A stretch of DNA of 54,573 bases from an uncultured Clostridium sp. Its GTDB lineage: Bacteria; Bacillota; Clostridia; TANB77; CAG-508. The stretch is taken from NCBI GenBank assembly GCA_947165355.1, contig CAMUZZ010000004.1, forward strand, positions 1-54,573, read 5' to 3'. The notes beneath the pieces are model-generated. The model saw only the letters and a program-made list of their open reading frames with translations. It made no database searches and was not told the DNA's origin. The translations under genes were made by a program, and so were the position numbers. This document shows, piece by piece, positions 20,328 through 30,040 of this stretch (the first letter of the stretch is position 1; every line of letters starts with the position of its first letter).

Positions 20328-21536
20328 ATGAAAGACGCATTTAAAAGCGTAGCTGCAAACGAAAATAACGAAAAATGGAATAATATGATTAAAAGAGAAA
20401 ATGAACTATATTCAAGATCTGGTGATATAAGAAGTGAATTTGCCAGAGACTATACACGTATACTTCATTGCAATGCATATAGAAGATTAAAACACAAAAC
20501 GCAGGTATTCTTTTCACCTAAAAGCGATCATGTATGCACAAGAATAGAGCATGTTAATTACGTTGAATCAATCAGTAATACTATAGCTAAATATTTAGGT
20601 TTAAACACAGAGCTAACAAAGGCAATTTCTATATCACACGATTTGGGACATAGTCCATTTGGCCATAAAGGAGAGATTGTACTTAATGAAATTTCTTTAA
20701 GAGATTTAGGAACAAAGTTTTGGCATGAAAAAAATGGTGTTCATTTTGTAGATGATATAGAGCTTTTAGAAGATGCTAACGGAGATTTAAAAAATTTAAG
20801 TTTAACATATGCAGTTAGAGATGGAATTATATCACACTGCGGAGAAATAGATGAAAACAGCTTAAAACCAAGAGATGAGTTTGTTAATTTAGATGAATAT
20901 ACGTATCCAAATCAATTTAATCCATATACTTGGGAAGGTTGCGTAGTAAAGATTTCAGATAAAATTTCGTACATTGGAAGAGACTTAGAAGATGCTTTAC
21001 ATTTAGGGTTACTAGATGCTCAAAAAATAAATGAATTAAAAAGTATTCTTGGAATTAAGAGCGAAGAAACACTAAACAATCCTAATATTATTAACGATTT
21101 AATAATTGATATATGCAATAACAGTAGTATAGAAAAGGGACTTTGTTTTTCAGAAGAAAAATTAAACTTATTAAATAGAGTAAAAGAATACAACTACAAA
21201 AACATATATCTACATCCAAGGTTAGATGGATCTAATGAATATTTTAGAGTAATTATAAACAGAATATATAATACGCTTAAAAGCCTATACTCAATAGATG
21301 ATTTAAACGGAAACATTTTAAGAATGGAAAGATTTTATCCAGAAACAGTAAATAGCTTTAAAGACTGGATATACAAGTATTCAAACTATATTGACAGAAC
21401 AGGTACAAATTTAAAAAATAAAATTGTATACAATATTGAGGATGAAAAAGAATTTTCTAAATGTATAATCGATTTTATTGCAGGTATGACAGACAATTTT
21501 GCAATAGACATGTATAACGAAATAATAGGTTTTTAA
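20328..21536 (+). CDS. dgt: HD-domain dGTP triphosphohydrolase-like protein
   Basis: FARDYTRILH, YRRLKHKTQVF, TRIEH, HDLGHSPFGHKGE, DFIAGMTD. Confidence 0.9.
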   Translation: MKDAFKSVAANENNEKWNNMIKRENELYSRSGDIRSEFARDYTRILHCNAYRRLKHKTQVFFSPKSDHVCTRIEHVNYVESISNTIAKYLGLNTELTKAISISHDLGHSPFGHKGEIVLNEISLRDLGTKFWHEKNGVHFVDDIELLEDANGDLKNLSLTYAVRDGIISHCGEIDENSLKPRDEFVNLDEYTYPNQFNPYTWEGCVVKISDKISYIGRDLEDALHLGLLDAQKINELKSILGIKSEETLNNPNIINDLIIDICNNSSIEKGLCFSEEKLNLLNRVKEYNYKNIYLHPRLDGSNEYFRVIINRIYNTLKSLYSIDDLNGNILRMERFYPETVNSFKDWIYKYSNYIDRTGTNLKNKIVYNIEDEKEFSKCIIDFIAGMTDNFAIDMYNEIIGF

Positions 21537-21552
21537 CAAAGGAGAAGTTATT

Positions 21553-22110
21553 ATGAAAAATAAAAAATTAATAATTATAGGAAGTATAGTTGGAGTACTT
21601 GTTATTGCAGCAGTTGCTGTTACAATTATTTTGGTTAGTAGGGCAAAGAAATTGGCAAATAATATAGAAAATAGTGTTGAAGGTATTATAAATACTTATA
21701 ACAATACAGTAGAAGATAATACAGTAGCTAACCAAAATAAAGCAGATAAAACAGAGAATGAAGCAAATACAGAAAACAATAAAGATGAAGACAAAAATGA
21801 GAATAAAACAGAAGGTAACTCAAGCGTTGAAGGAATAACTGGAAAGTATGAGTTAATTGAAATGAAAGATAAAGATAACGATTTTGGAGAAGAAATGATA
21901 AGCTTACTAAAAGGATATGGTTATTCTGTATACATAGTATTTAACGAAGATGGTACAGGTAAATTTGATTTTATGGGACAAGACGACAAATTTAAATATG
22001 ATGATAAAAACATAACAGCAAACTCAATTACTACGCCATATACTTTTGATGGAGATAAAGTAACGCTTACTCAAGAAGCGGCATCTTTAGTTTTTAAAAA
22101 AGTTGAATAA
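21553..22110 (+). CDS. Membrane-anchored hypothetical protein with a lipocalin-like beta domain
   Basis: N-terminal TM, N/E-rich linker, GKYEL...FNEDGTG...VFKK pattern. Confidence 0.7.
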   Translation: MKNKKLIIIGSIVGVLVIAAVAVTIILVSRAKKLANNIENSVEGIINTYNNTVEDNTVANQNKADKTENEANTENNKDEDKNENKTEGNSSVEGITGKYELIEMKDKDNDFGEEMISLLKGYGYSVYIVFNEDGTGKFDFMGQDDKFKYDDKNITANSITTPYTFDGDKVTLTQEAASLVFKKVE

Positions 22111-22175
22111 TAATTAAATATACGAATATGAACAAGCCTTTCCATATAGAATGTTATGGAAAGGTTTGGTGTTTT

Positions 22176-23192
22176 ATGGAGACAATAAAGAAATATAAAT
22201 TAGCATTAGTTGGGGCTACGGGGGTTGTTGGAAGAATAGTTCGAAATGTTCTTGAAGAGAAAGATTTACCAATTAGTAAATACAAATTTTTTTCATCAAA
22301 AAAATCTGCAGGAAGCAAAATAGTATTTGATGGAAAAGAATATGAAGTTCAAGAGCTAACAGATAATTCATTTGATGAACAATTTGACTATGCAATATTT
22401 ACTGCAGGGTCTAAAGTATCTGAGCATTTTATACCAATAGCAGTTAAGAAGGGATGCACTGTTATAGATAACAGTAGCTTTTACAGAATGTATGATGATG
22501 TTCCGCTTGTTGTACCTGAGGTGAACATAGAAGAGGTATGGAAGAATAAAGGCATAATAGCAAATCCTAACTGTTCTACAATTCAAGCAGTAGTTGCAAT
22601 TAATCCTTTGGATAAAAAGTATAGAACAAAACGAATAGTGTATTCTACATATCAAGCAGTATCTGGAGCTGGACTTCAAGGAATACAAGACTTAGAAGGT
22701 GGAATAGAAAGTTATGTGGGTAACAGTAAGTACGAACTAAAAAAATTTCCGTATCAAATATTTAATAATTGTATTCCTCAAATTGATGATTTTACAGGTG
22801 ATGGATACACAAAAGAAGAGCACAAGATGATAAATGAAACACGAAAAATACTGAACAAACCTAATTTACCAATTACTGCAACTACAGTTAGAGTTCCAGT
22901 ATTTAACTCACACAGCGAATCAATTAACATAGAGCTAGAAAAAGAATTTAATATTGAGGATATAGTAAATCTTCTTAAAAATTCTCCTGGCATTATTGTT
23001 ATGGACGATATAAGTAATAACATTTATCCAATGAACATAAATGCTAATAATCATGATGAAGTTTTTGTAGGTAGAATAAGAAGAGATTACAGTGTAAAAA
23101 ACGGAATTAATATGTGGGTTGTAGCAGATAATACAAGAAAAGGTGCTGCAAGCAATGCAGTGCAAATTCTAAAAAAAATCATAGCAATTTAA
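22176..23192 (+). CDS. asd: Aspartate-semialdehyde dehydrogenase
   Basis: VGATGVVG, IIANPNCSTIQ, STYQAVSGAG, VRVPVFNSHSE, DNTRKGAA. Confidence 0.97.
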   Translation: METIKKYKLALVGATGVVGRIVRNVLEEKDLPISKYKFFSSKKSAGSKIVFDGKEYEVQELTDNSFDEQFDYAIFTAGSKVSEHFIPIAVKKGCTVIDNSSFYRMYDDVPLVVPEVNIEEVWKNKGIIANPNCSTIQAVVAINPLDKKYRTKRIVYSTYQAVSGAGLQGIQDLEGGIESYVGNSKYELKKFPYQIFNNCIPQIDDFTGDGYTKEEHKMINETRKILNKPNLPITATTVRVPVFNSHSESINIELEKEFNIEDIVNLLKNSPGIIVMDDISNNIYPMNINANNHDEVFVGRIRRDYSVKNGINMWVVADNTRKGAASNAVQILKKIIAI

Positions 23193-23268
23193 ACTTAATA
23201 TACTAATGAACTTGCTCTAAACTAACGTCCAAAATAGCTAATATATATTATACTGCAATATAATTTAC

Positions 23269-23390
23269 GCCCCAATAGCTAATATATATCATTTTTCCGT
23301 CACTTGCTGGAGCAATCTAAAGATTGCTCATGCGCACTTCGTTTGATCGCTGCGCGTGACTGCAAAATGGTATATATTAGCTATTGGGGC
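23269..23390. other. Long palindromic structured element (MITE-like or ncRNA)
   Basis: 27-bp terminal inverted repeat (one mismatch) enclosing GTCAC/GTGAC and two internal hairpins. Confidence 0.7.
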
Positions 23391-23498
23391 CGGAAAGTTG
23401 TAATCGCTACAATGTAAAATTAATAGATTTTTTTCTTGCATTATTCATATTATTAATATATAGTCATAATAATTAATAGCTGAAAGGATGGGATTTAT

Positions 23499-24389
23499 AT
23501 GAAAAAAGTGATTTTTAAAGGATGCGGAACCGCAATTGCAACACCGTTTACAGAAGACGGAATTAATTATGACGCTTTTGGAAAATTGCTAGAAGACCAA
23601 ATAAAAGAGGGAGTAGATGCAATTATTGTTTGCGGAACAACAGGTGAGGCTGCAACAATGACAGAAGAAGAGCGTAAAGAAGTTATAAAATTTACGGTAG
23701 AAACAGTAAACAAAAGAATACCTGTTATTGCAGGAACAGGCTCTAATAACACAAGAGCAGCAATTGAGATGACAAAATATGTTGAATCTATTGGTGTTGA
23801 TGGAGCTTTAGTTGTTACACCATACTACAATAAAACAACACAAAAAGGTTTAATAGAGCACTACAAAGCTATAGCGAGCAGCACATCATTACCAATTATA
23901 ATGTATAGTGTTCCAAGCAGAACAGGTGTTAACATAGCTCCAGAAACATGTTTAGAGCTATCAAAAATTGATAATATTGTTGCTATAAAAGAAGCAAGTG
24001 GAAACTTATCTCAAGTTGCAAAAATTGCAGCTTTATGCGGTGATAACTTAAATATATACTCTGGAAATGATGATCAAATTGTGCCAATTCTTTCTGTAGG
24101 TGGAATAGGAGTTATATCGGTATTATCAAATATTGAGCCAAAATATACACATGAGATGGTATTTGATTATTTAAATGGAAACACTGTAGAAGCAACAAGA
24201 AAGCAGCTAAAATGTATTAATCTAGTTGAAAATCTTTTTTCAGAAGTAAATCCAATTCCTGTTAAGGCAGCTCTAAATATGAAGGGTTATGATTATGGAA
24301 TTCCAAGACTACCTCTTATTGAAATGAGCGAAGGAAAGAAAGAAGAGCTAAGAAAAGCTTTAATTTTGGGGACGGAGCAAAAAAATTAA
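23499..24389 (+). CDS. dapA: 4-hydroxy-tetrahydrodipicolinate synthase
   Basis: GTTGEA, GTGSNNT, VTPYYNK, YSVPSRTG, IKEASG, NPIPVK. Confidence 0.97.
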   Translation: MKKVIFKGCGTAIATPFTEDGINYDAFGKLLEDQIKEGVDAIIVCGTTGEAATMTEEERKEVIKFTVETVNKRIPVIAGTGSNNTRAAIEMTKYVESIGVDGALVVTPYYNKTTQKGLIEHYKAIASSTSLPIIMYSVPSRTGVNIAPETCLELSKIDNIVAIKEASGNLSQVAKIAALCGDNLNIYSGNDDQIVPILSVGGIGVISVLSNIEPKYTHEMVFDYLNGNTVEATRKQLKCINLVENLFSEVNPIPVKAALNMKGYDYGIPRLPLIEMSEGKKEELRKALILGTEQKN

Positions 24390-24400
24390 GTTTACGTAAA
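24361..24400 (+). repeat. GGGACGGAGC dispersed repeat, full copy inside the dapA 3' end
   Basis: TAATTTTGGGGACGGAGCAAAAAAATTAAGTTTACGTAAA encodes ILGTEQKN-stop. Confidence 0.9.
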
Positions 24401-24484
24401 AAATAAAATTACTTAGTTGATGCAGAAAAATACTATTAAGGAGGGGGCAAGAACTACTTGTCTCTCTACGTAAAGGAGAAAAAA

Positions 24485-25237
24485 ATGATTAAAGTATTAA
24501 TTAATGGTTGTAATGGTAAAATGGGACAAGAGGTTGCAAAAATTGTAAATGCAGACAACGATTGCGTTTTACTAGGTGGAGTTGATAAAGAAAAAATAGA
24601 AGAGTATCAGTTTCCAGTATATACAAATTATGATGATATAAAAGAGCTACCAAATGTTATTATAGACTTTTCAGTACCAGCTGCTACAATGAATGCGCTT
24701 GAGTATGCAAAAAAACAGCATATTCCAATTGTAATAGCAACAACTGGTTTATCAGCAGAACATGAAGCGGTTATTAAAGAAACTGCAAAACAAATTCCAG
24801 TTTTTAAATCTGCAAATATGTCTTTTGATATAAACTTAATGTGTAGAATAGTTGCTAATTTAGCACAAGTATTGAAGGAAAATGATATTGAAATTATCGA
24901 AACTCATCACAACAGAAAAATAGATAGCCCAAGCGGTACTGCAATGTTACTTGCTGATTCTATAAATAAAGCATTGGATAATTCAATGTCGTACGAATTT
25001 GATAGACATAGCAAGCATGAGAAAAGATCTAAAAACGAAATTGGAATTAGCTCAATAAGAGGTGGAAATATAGTTGGAGAGCATTCTGTAATATTCTTCA
25101 GCGAAAATGAAAGTTTTGAAATAAAACACACAGCTTATTCAAGAAGTGTATTTGCCGATGGAGCGGTTAAGGCTGCAAAATTTATGGTTAACAATAAATT
25201 TGTAAATGGCTTTTTTGATATGAATGATATAAAATAG
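24485..25237 (+). CDS. dapB: 4-hydroxy-tetrahydrodipicolinate reductase
   Basis: GCNGKMG, IDFS, ATTG, ETHHNRKIDSPSGTA, RGGNIVGEH. Confidence 0.97.
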   Translation: MIKVLINGCNGKMGQEVAKIVNADNDCVLLGGVDKEKIEEYQFPVYTNYDDIKELPNVIIDFSVPAATMNALEYAKKQHIPIVIATTGLSAEHEAVIKETAKQIPVFKSANMSFDINLMCRIVANLAQVLKENDIEIIETHHNRKIDSPSGTAMLLADSINKALDNSMSYEFDRHSKHEKRSKNEIGISSIRGGNIVGEHSVIFFSENESFEIKHTAYSRSVFADGAVKAAKFMVNNKFVNGFFDMNDIK

Positions 25238-25300
25238 TTGAAATCGGAAATAATATTTTATATAATGACTGTGACGATAAAAAATAATGGAGGTATTTGT

Positions 25301-25840
25301 ATGGAATTAAAAGGATCAAGAACAGAAGCTAATTTAATGGCTGCTTTTGCAGGGGAATCACAAGCAAGAAATAAATATACTTACTTTGCAAGTAAGGCAA
25401 AAAAGGATGGATATGAGCAAATTGCTGCAATATTCCAAGAAACAGCAGACAATGAAAAAGAGCATGCAAAAATTTGGTATAAATTATTAAAAGGTGGAGA
25501 CATGCCATCAACAGTAGAAAATTTAAAAGAAGCTGCAAGTGGAGAGAATTTTGAATGGACAAACATGTACCCAGAATTTGCTAAAGTTGCAAAAGAAGAA
25601 GGATTTGATAGAATTGCTTATTTATTTGAAGCAGTTGGAAAAATAGAAGAAGAGCATGAAGAAAGATATAAAGCTTTATTAGCAAATATAGATGGAGACT
25701 TAGTGTTCAGCAAAGATGGAGATAGAATATGGAAATGTAGAAATTGTGGACATATCTGCATTGGTAAATCTGCTCCAGAAGTATGCCCAGTATGTAATCA
25801 TCCAAAATCATTCTTTGAAATAAAGGCAGAGAATTATTAA
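25301..25840 (+). CDS. rbr: Rubrerythrin
   Basis: [21 protein letters not shown]-terminal CRNCGH...CPVC. Confidence 0.95.
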   Translation: MELKGSRTEANLMAAFAGESQARNKYTYFASKAKKDGYEQIAAIFQETADNEKEHAKIWYKLLKGGDMPSTVENLKEAASGENFEWTNMYPEFAKVAKEEGFDRIAYLFEAVGKIEEEHEERYKALLANIDGDLVFSKDGDRIWKCRNCGHICIGKSAPEVCPVCNHPKSFFEIKAENY

Positions 25841-25931
25841 TATGAAAAGAAAGACTACCAGTCTTTCTTTTTTTTGGTTCACAAAAAACTTATTTTATGA
25901 TAAAATTCACCAAAGAAGGGGGATGCCTTAT

Positions 25932-26498
25932 ATGAATTTAATGGTTAGAATATTTAAACATGTTAAATTAGTTACAAAGCATAGATGGTATGTTTTTATT
26001 TATGCTGTTAAAGCTGGAATTCCATGGAGAGGATTAATACATGATTTATCTAAGTTTTCACCAGTTGAATTTTGCGAAAGTGTAAAATATTACAACGGAA
26101 CAAGAAGCCCATTACATGCTTGTAGAGACAACATTGGATATTCTAGAGCATGGTTACATCATAAGGGAAGAAACAAGCATCACTTTGAATATTGGGAAGA
26201 TATTTCTAAAACAGAGCGAGTAGGGGTATTTTTACCATACAAGTATATGGTAGAGGCGTTATGTGATAAGCTATCTGCTGGAAAAGTATACAATGGAAAG
26301 AAATGGAATCAAAAAGAGCCTATAAAATACTGGATTAACGTAGAGAGCAAGGCTCCAGTTGCAAAGCATCCAGGATCTGTTGAGTTTATGAATACAGCTC
26401 TACAAAAGGTGGCAGACGAAGGATTAAATGCTGCATTAAAAAGAAAATATTTAAAAAAAGTATATAACGATATAGCCAAGAAGTATGGTATAAAATAA
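25932..26498 (+). CDS. DUF5662 family HD-like protein
   Basis: HDLSKFSPVEF, AWLHHKGRNKHHFEYW. Confidence 0.85.
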   Translation: MNLMVRIFKHVKLVTKHRWYVFIYAVKAGIPWRGLIHDLSKFSPVEFCESVKYYNGTRSPLHACRDNIGYSRAWLHHKGRNKHHFEYWEDISKTERVGVFLPYKYMVEALCDKLSAGKVYNGKKWNQKEPIKYWINVESKAPVAKHPGSVEFMNTALQKVADEGLNAALKRKYLKKVYNDIAKKYGIK

Positions 26499-26520
26499 GT
26501 AAAAAATAGGAGATGATAAT

Positions 26521-27030
26521 ATGTCAAATATCGTAATAAGAAACGTAAAAAAAGAAGATTTATGGGATGTTTCTTCTATTGTGGTAGAAGGTTGGAAAAC
26601 TGCATACAGAGGAATAATAGATGATGAATTTTTAGACAGCTTATCAGTCGAAGAAAAATACAATAAAAGACTAACTGATTACGACAAAAATGGATTTATT
26701 GTTGCTGAAATAGATAACAAGGTAGTTGGATTTTGTAGATATACAACTGAAAACTTGTTTTCTAAACAATGCGAAGATATAGACTGTGAGCTATCAGCAC
26801 TATATGTAAAACCAGAGTTAAAAGGGAATGGTATTGGAACAGCCTTATTCAAATATGTAGTAGACAAGCAAATAAAAAATGGAAACAAGAGCATGATTAT
26901 TTGGTGTTTAAAAGAAAACTATAAATCAAGAAAATTTTATGAGAAAATGGGTGGCATATTGTATGGTGAAAATAAAATTGAAAGAGGCGGAAAAAAGTAC
27001 AAAGAAGTAGGATATAGATATGCTTTATAA
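26521..27030 (+). CDS. GNAT family N-acetyltransferase
   Basis: LYVKPELKGNGIG, WCLKEN..SRKFYEKMGG. Confidence 0.92.
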   Translation: MSNIVIRNVKKEDLWDVSSIVVEGWKTAYRGIIDDEFLDSLSVEEKYNKRLTDYDKNGFIVAEIDNKVVGFCRYTTENLFSKQCEDIDCELSALYVKPELKGNGIGTALFKYVVDKQIKNGNKSMIIWCLKENYKSRKFYEKMGGILYGENKIERGGKKYKEVGYRYAL

Positions 27031-27050
27031 TAAAGTTGTGGAGGTTACAT

Positions 27051-27689
27051 ATGAATATAGAATTAATAGCACAAAATGCAATAAGAATAACTACAGATGA
27101 AGGAAAGATTATATATTTTGATCCATTTAAAATAGGTGAGGCATACAAAAATGATGCTGATGTTATATATATAACACATTCTCACTTTGATCATTTTTCA
27201 CCAGAAGACATAGCAAAAATAAAAAAGATAGATACCCAAATAGTAATAACAAAAGATTTAAATGAAAAAGCACTTGAATGTGGTTTTGTAAAAGATAGCA
27301 TTTTAAAAGTATTACCAAATAATGAGTACAATTATGCTGGAATTATATTTAAAACTATTCCTGCATACAACATCAATAAAGAATTCCATAAAAGGGCTTA
27401 CGACTGGGTTAGCTATATATTAGAAATAGATAAAAATATAATATACGTTGCAGGAGACACAGACATAACAGAAGAGGCTCTAAATGTAAAATGTGATATA
27501 GCATTAGTTCCAGTAGGTGGTACATATACAATGAATGCTAAAGAAGCGGCAAAACTTATTGAATCCATAGCACCAGCAGAATATGCTGTTCCAACGCACT
27601 ATCAAACTATAGTTGGAACAACTCAAGATGCAATTGAATTCAAAAGATTGCTAGAAGGGAAAGTAGAAGTTAAAATTTTAATGAAGTAA
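27051..27689 (+). CDS. MBL-fold metallo-hydrolase
   Basis: THSHFDH, AGDTD, PVGGTYTM, PTHY. Confidence 0.92.
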   Translation: MNIELIAQNAIRITTDEGKIIYFDPFKIGEAYKNDADVIYITHSHFDHFSPEDIAKIKKIDTQIVITKDLNEKALECGFVKDSILKVLPNNEYNYAGIIFKTIPAYNINKEFHKRAYDWVSYILEIDKNIIYVAGDTDITEEALNVKCDIALVPVGGTYTMNAKEAAKLIESIAPAEYAVPTHYQTIVGTTQDAIEFKRLLEGKVEVKILMK

Positions 27690-27741
27690 AATAAATAAAA
27701 AGAGCACATTTTTTATATTGTGTTCTTTTTTTGTGAGAATA

Positions 27742-27770
27742 TTGCAATATTATGTAAAATATGTTATCAT
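27742..27770 (+). promoter_or_regulatory. SigA-type promoter
   Basis: TTGCAA-17 nt-TATCAT with an extended -10 TG. Confidence 0.6.
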
Positions 27771-27857
27771 ATTTAAGGTGTTTTTTATATATCCTTTACG
27801 CGAAAAGAATCCAATCAGAAAAAAAGAGGCTTATTCGACTAGAAGGAGGTTTTGCCA

Positions 27858-28094
27858 ATGTTTTACAATGTTGGGGTTGACAAGGTGGTGGATTTGCTCC
27901 GGGAGAAAAACCATGGAGTAAACATTATGGTAGGAATTGAAGGTGCTACACCTATAATTATCTGCTATAATAAAAATCCGCAAGAGCTGAGACAACCCGA
28001 AGGATTTTCTATTTCTGGCCATCGTATTACAAGAAGAAAGGCTGGAAAGGGATGTGCTCATGAAGAGTACAAAATTATTAGAAAGAATAATTGA
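27858..28094 (+). CDS. Hypothetical protein (78 aa, orphan cassette; paralogue of 29674-29904)
   Basis: AAGGAGG RBS, own promoter, palindromic terminator at 28109-28135. Confidence 0.7.
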   Translation: MFYNVGVDKVVDLLREKNHGVNIMVGIEGATPIIICYNKNPQELRQPEGFSISGHRITRRKAGKGCAHEEYKIIRKNN

Positions 28095-28108
28095 CGGCAA
28101 AGGCAGAT

Positions 28109-28135
28109 AAGAGGTACGAATTCGTACCTCTTTTT
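28109..28135 (+). terminator. Intrinsic terminator
   Basis: Perfect palindrome AAGAGGTACGAATTCGTACCTCTT followed by Ts. Confidence 0.8.
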
Positions 28136-28201
28136 CTTTTATATAAATCCATAACAAAAATCAACATAATATCATATTATAATACAGAAAGGATGATATT
28201 T

Positions 28202-28780
28202 ATGGATTTAAAGGGGAAGAAGATAGGTTTTGTTATAACAGGTTCTTTTTGTACTTTTTCAAAAGTAATTAAACAAATAAAAGAATTAGTAAAAAGTGAA
28301 GCAGATGTAATTCCTATTATGTCTTTCAACAGTTATAATTTAGATACAAAATTTGGTGATAGCAAAGATTTTACAAATGAAATTGAAAAAATTACAGGGA
28401 AGAGCATAATCAAAACAATTCAGGAAGCAGAGCCAATAGGACCAAAAAAGATGACAGATATTCTTGTTATAGCACCATGTTCAGGCAATACAATAGCAAA
28501 ACTTGCAAATGGAATTACAGACACACCTGCAACAATGGCCACAAAATCACATCTAAGAAATGGAAATCCGGTGGTAATAGCAGTTTCAACAAATGATGGA
28601 TTAGCTGGATCAGCAGAGAATATAGGCAAATTATTAAACAGAAATAATTATTACTTTGTTCCATTTAAACAAGATAACCCAATAACAAAACCTAGGTCAT
28701 TAGTTTTTGATGAAAAATATATAATAACAACAATTGAGCAAGCTCTCGAATTAAAACAAGTTCAACCAATCTTATTATAA
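28202..28780 (+). CDS. spoVFB: Dipicolinate synthase subunit B
   Basis: GKKIGFVITGSFCTF, AEPIGPK, APCSGNT, KSHLRNGNPVVIAVSTNDGL, KQVQPILL. SigK-like ACA-N16-CATATTATA at 28154-28181. Confidence 0.93.
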   Translation: MDLKGKKIGFVITGSFCTFSKVIKQIKELVKSEADVIPIMSFNSYNLDTKFGDSKDFTNEIEKITGKSIIKTIQEAEPIGPKKMTDILVIAPCSGNTIAKLANGITDTPATMATKSHLRNGNPVVIAVSTNDGLAGSAENIGKLLNRNNYYFVPFKQDNPITKPRSLVFDEKYIITTIEQALELKQVQPILL

Positions 28781-28785
28781 GACAA

Positions 28786-28827
28786 CATAAAGAGTTGACA
28801 CCATAGAGGTTATTTTTAAATTATGTT
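28786..28827 (+). repeat. 42-bp direct repeat, copy 1
   Basis: CATAAAGAGTTGACACCATAGAGGTTATTTTTAAATTATGTT; 38/42 identical to 30041-30082. Confidence 0.85.
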
Positions 28828-28915
28828 AAGTAATTAAGGAGAGGCAAGCAATTTGACAAATAAAGCAAATACTGATAACATTTTTCGAAAGAAAATATTA
28901 ATTGAGGAATGAATT

Positions 28916-29503
28916 ATGAAATTAAATTTAGAAGAAATAAAAAATAAACTAACTACAAAATACCTAGGAAGAACAATTTATTACTATGAAGAAATTAATT
29001 CAACACAGGATATAGTTAAAGAAAATGTAAATAATTATTGTAATGGATCATATATTGTTACAGATAAACAAACCAACGGCAAAGGAACGCATGGTAGAGT
29101 TTGGTACGATAATGGCTATGAAAATATTTGCGGATCTTTCATTCTATTTCCAAACTGCAATGCAAACAAAATTAAAGATATTACAATTATAATAGCCGAG
29201 TCTATGATAGAAACAATTAAAAAACTATATGATATCGAGCTTCAAATTAAATATCCAAATGATATAATATGCAATTCTAAGAAAATTGCCGGAATACTAA
29301 CTGAATCATCAGTTAAAGGTGAAGACGTTAAAAGTATTGTTGTTGGTTTAGGAATGAATATAAATCAAACTGAATTTTCAAGTGAAATAGAAGAGATTGC
29401 AACATCACTTAAGAAAGAATACAAAGAAACATACTCTAGGGAAGATATAATAGCTGAATTTTTTAATATATTCGAACCAAAATACGAAAACTTAATAAAA
29501 TAG
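28916..29503 (+). CDS. birA: Biotin--acetyl-CoA-carboxylase ligase, catalytic domain only
   Basis: NSTQD, QTNGKGTHGRVW, IKYPNDI, KKIAGILTE, GLGMNIN. No N-terminal HTH. Confidence 0.9.
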   Translation: MKLNLEEIKNKLTTKYLGRTIYYYEEINSTQDIVKENVNNYCNGSYIVTDKQTNGKGTHGRVWYDNGYENICGSFILFPNCNANKIKDITIIIAESMIETIKKLYDIELQIKYPNDIICNSKKIAGILTESSVKGEDVKSIVVGLGMNINQTEFSSEIEEIATSLKKEYKETYSREDIIAEFFNIFEPKYENLIK

Positions 29504-29545
29504 CTTATGACTAGCTATTAAATATACAGCTAGCATATAGAACAC

Positions 29546-29574
29546 TTGACATTTTATGTTAATTATACTAAAAT
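29546..29574 (+). promoter_or_regulatory. SigA-type promoter
   Basis: TTGACA-17 nt-TAAAAT. Confidence 0.75.
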
Positions 29575-29673
29575 ATATACATGACGTTCAAGTCAGACAT
29601 AATCCTTATCCCTTTTGTGGAAACGTTCCACAAGCTGTTCTAGCAAATAAAGAGAGAAAGGAGGATAATCAAA

Positions 29674-29904
29674 ATGAACGCTATCCAAAAGGCAATCGAA
29701 GATTTAAAGAAGGCAAACAAAGGCCGAAATTTCTGTGTCGTTTCTGAAGGAAACTGCCCACTTCCGTGTATCGGATACATGGGTGAACCTGAAGAAAAAC
29801 TGTATACCCCCAAAGGGTATCGGTTTGGCAAGCATGTCTTGATTGATCCTGAGGGAAGAACATTTGAGATGCTTCGTGTATCTCCGATGGTCCTTACAAG
29901 ATGA
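29674..29904 (+). CDS. Hypothetical protein (76 aa, orphan cassette; paralogue of 27858-28094)
   Basis: AAAGGAGG RBS, own promoter and terminator, visibly more GC-rich than its flanks. Confidence 0.75.
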   Translation: MNAIQKAIEDLKKANKGRNFCVVSEGNCPLPCIGYMGEPEEKLYTPKGYRFGKHVLIDPEGRTFEMLRVSPMVLTR

Positions 29905-29911
29905 TTATCCG

Positions 29912-29940
29912 AAAAGCCCCTGTGAAAGCAGGGGCTTTTT
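29912..29940 (+). terminator. Intrinsic terminator
   Basis: AAAAGCCCCTG / CAGGGGCTTTT. Confidence 0.9.
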
Positions 29941-30040
29941 CTTATGCATTTTTTAGTCAGTTTCTATAGTAAAGTATATTATGTATGAAGTAATCTTGTA
30001 AAAATTTATACTTCTTTACAAGATATTCAAGACACATTAC

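Noticed and set aside
23200-23498. Lysine riboswitch upstream of dapA
   Set aside because: Lysine riboswitch conserved motifs and a downstream expression-platform terminator were not recognised; the structure is a long near-perfect inverted repeat.
28804-28831. Bona fide chromosomal dif site
   Set aside because: Only the TTATGTTAAGT arm resembles dif; the other arm does not, and there is no strand switch.
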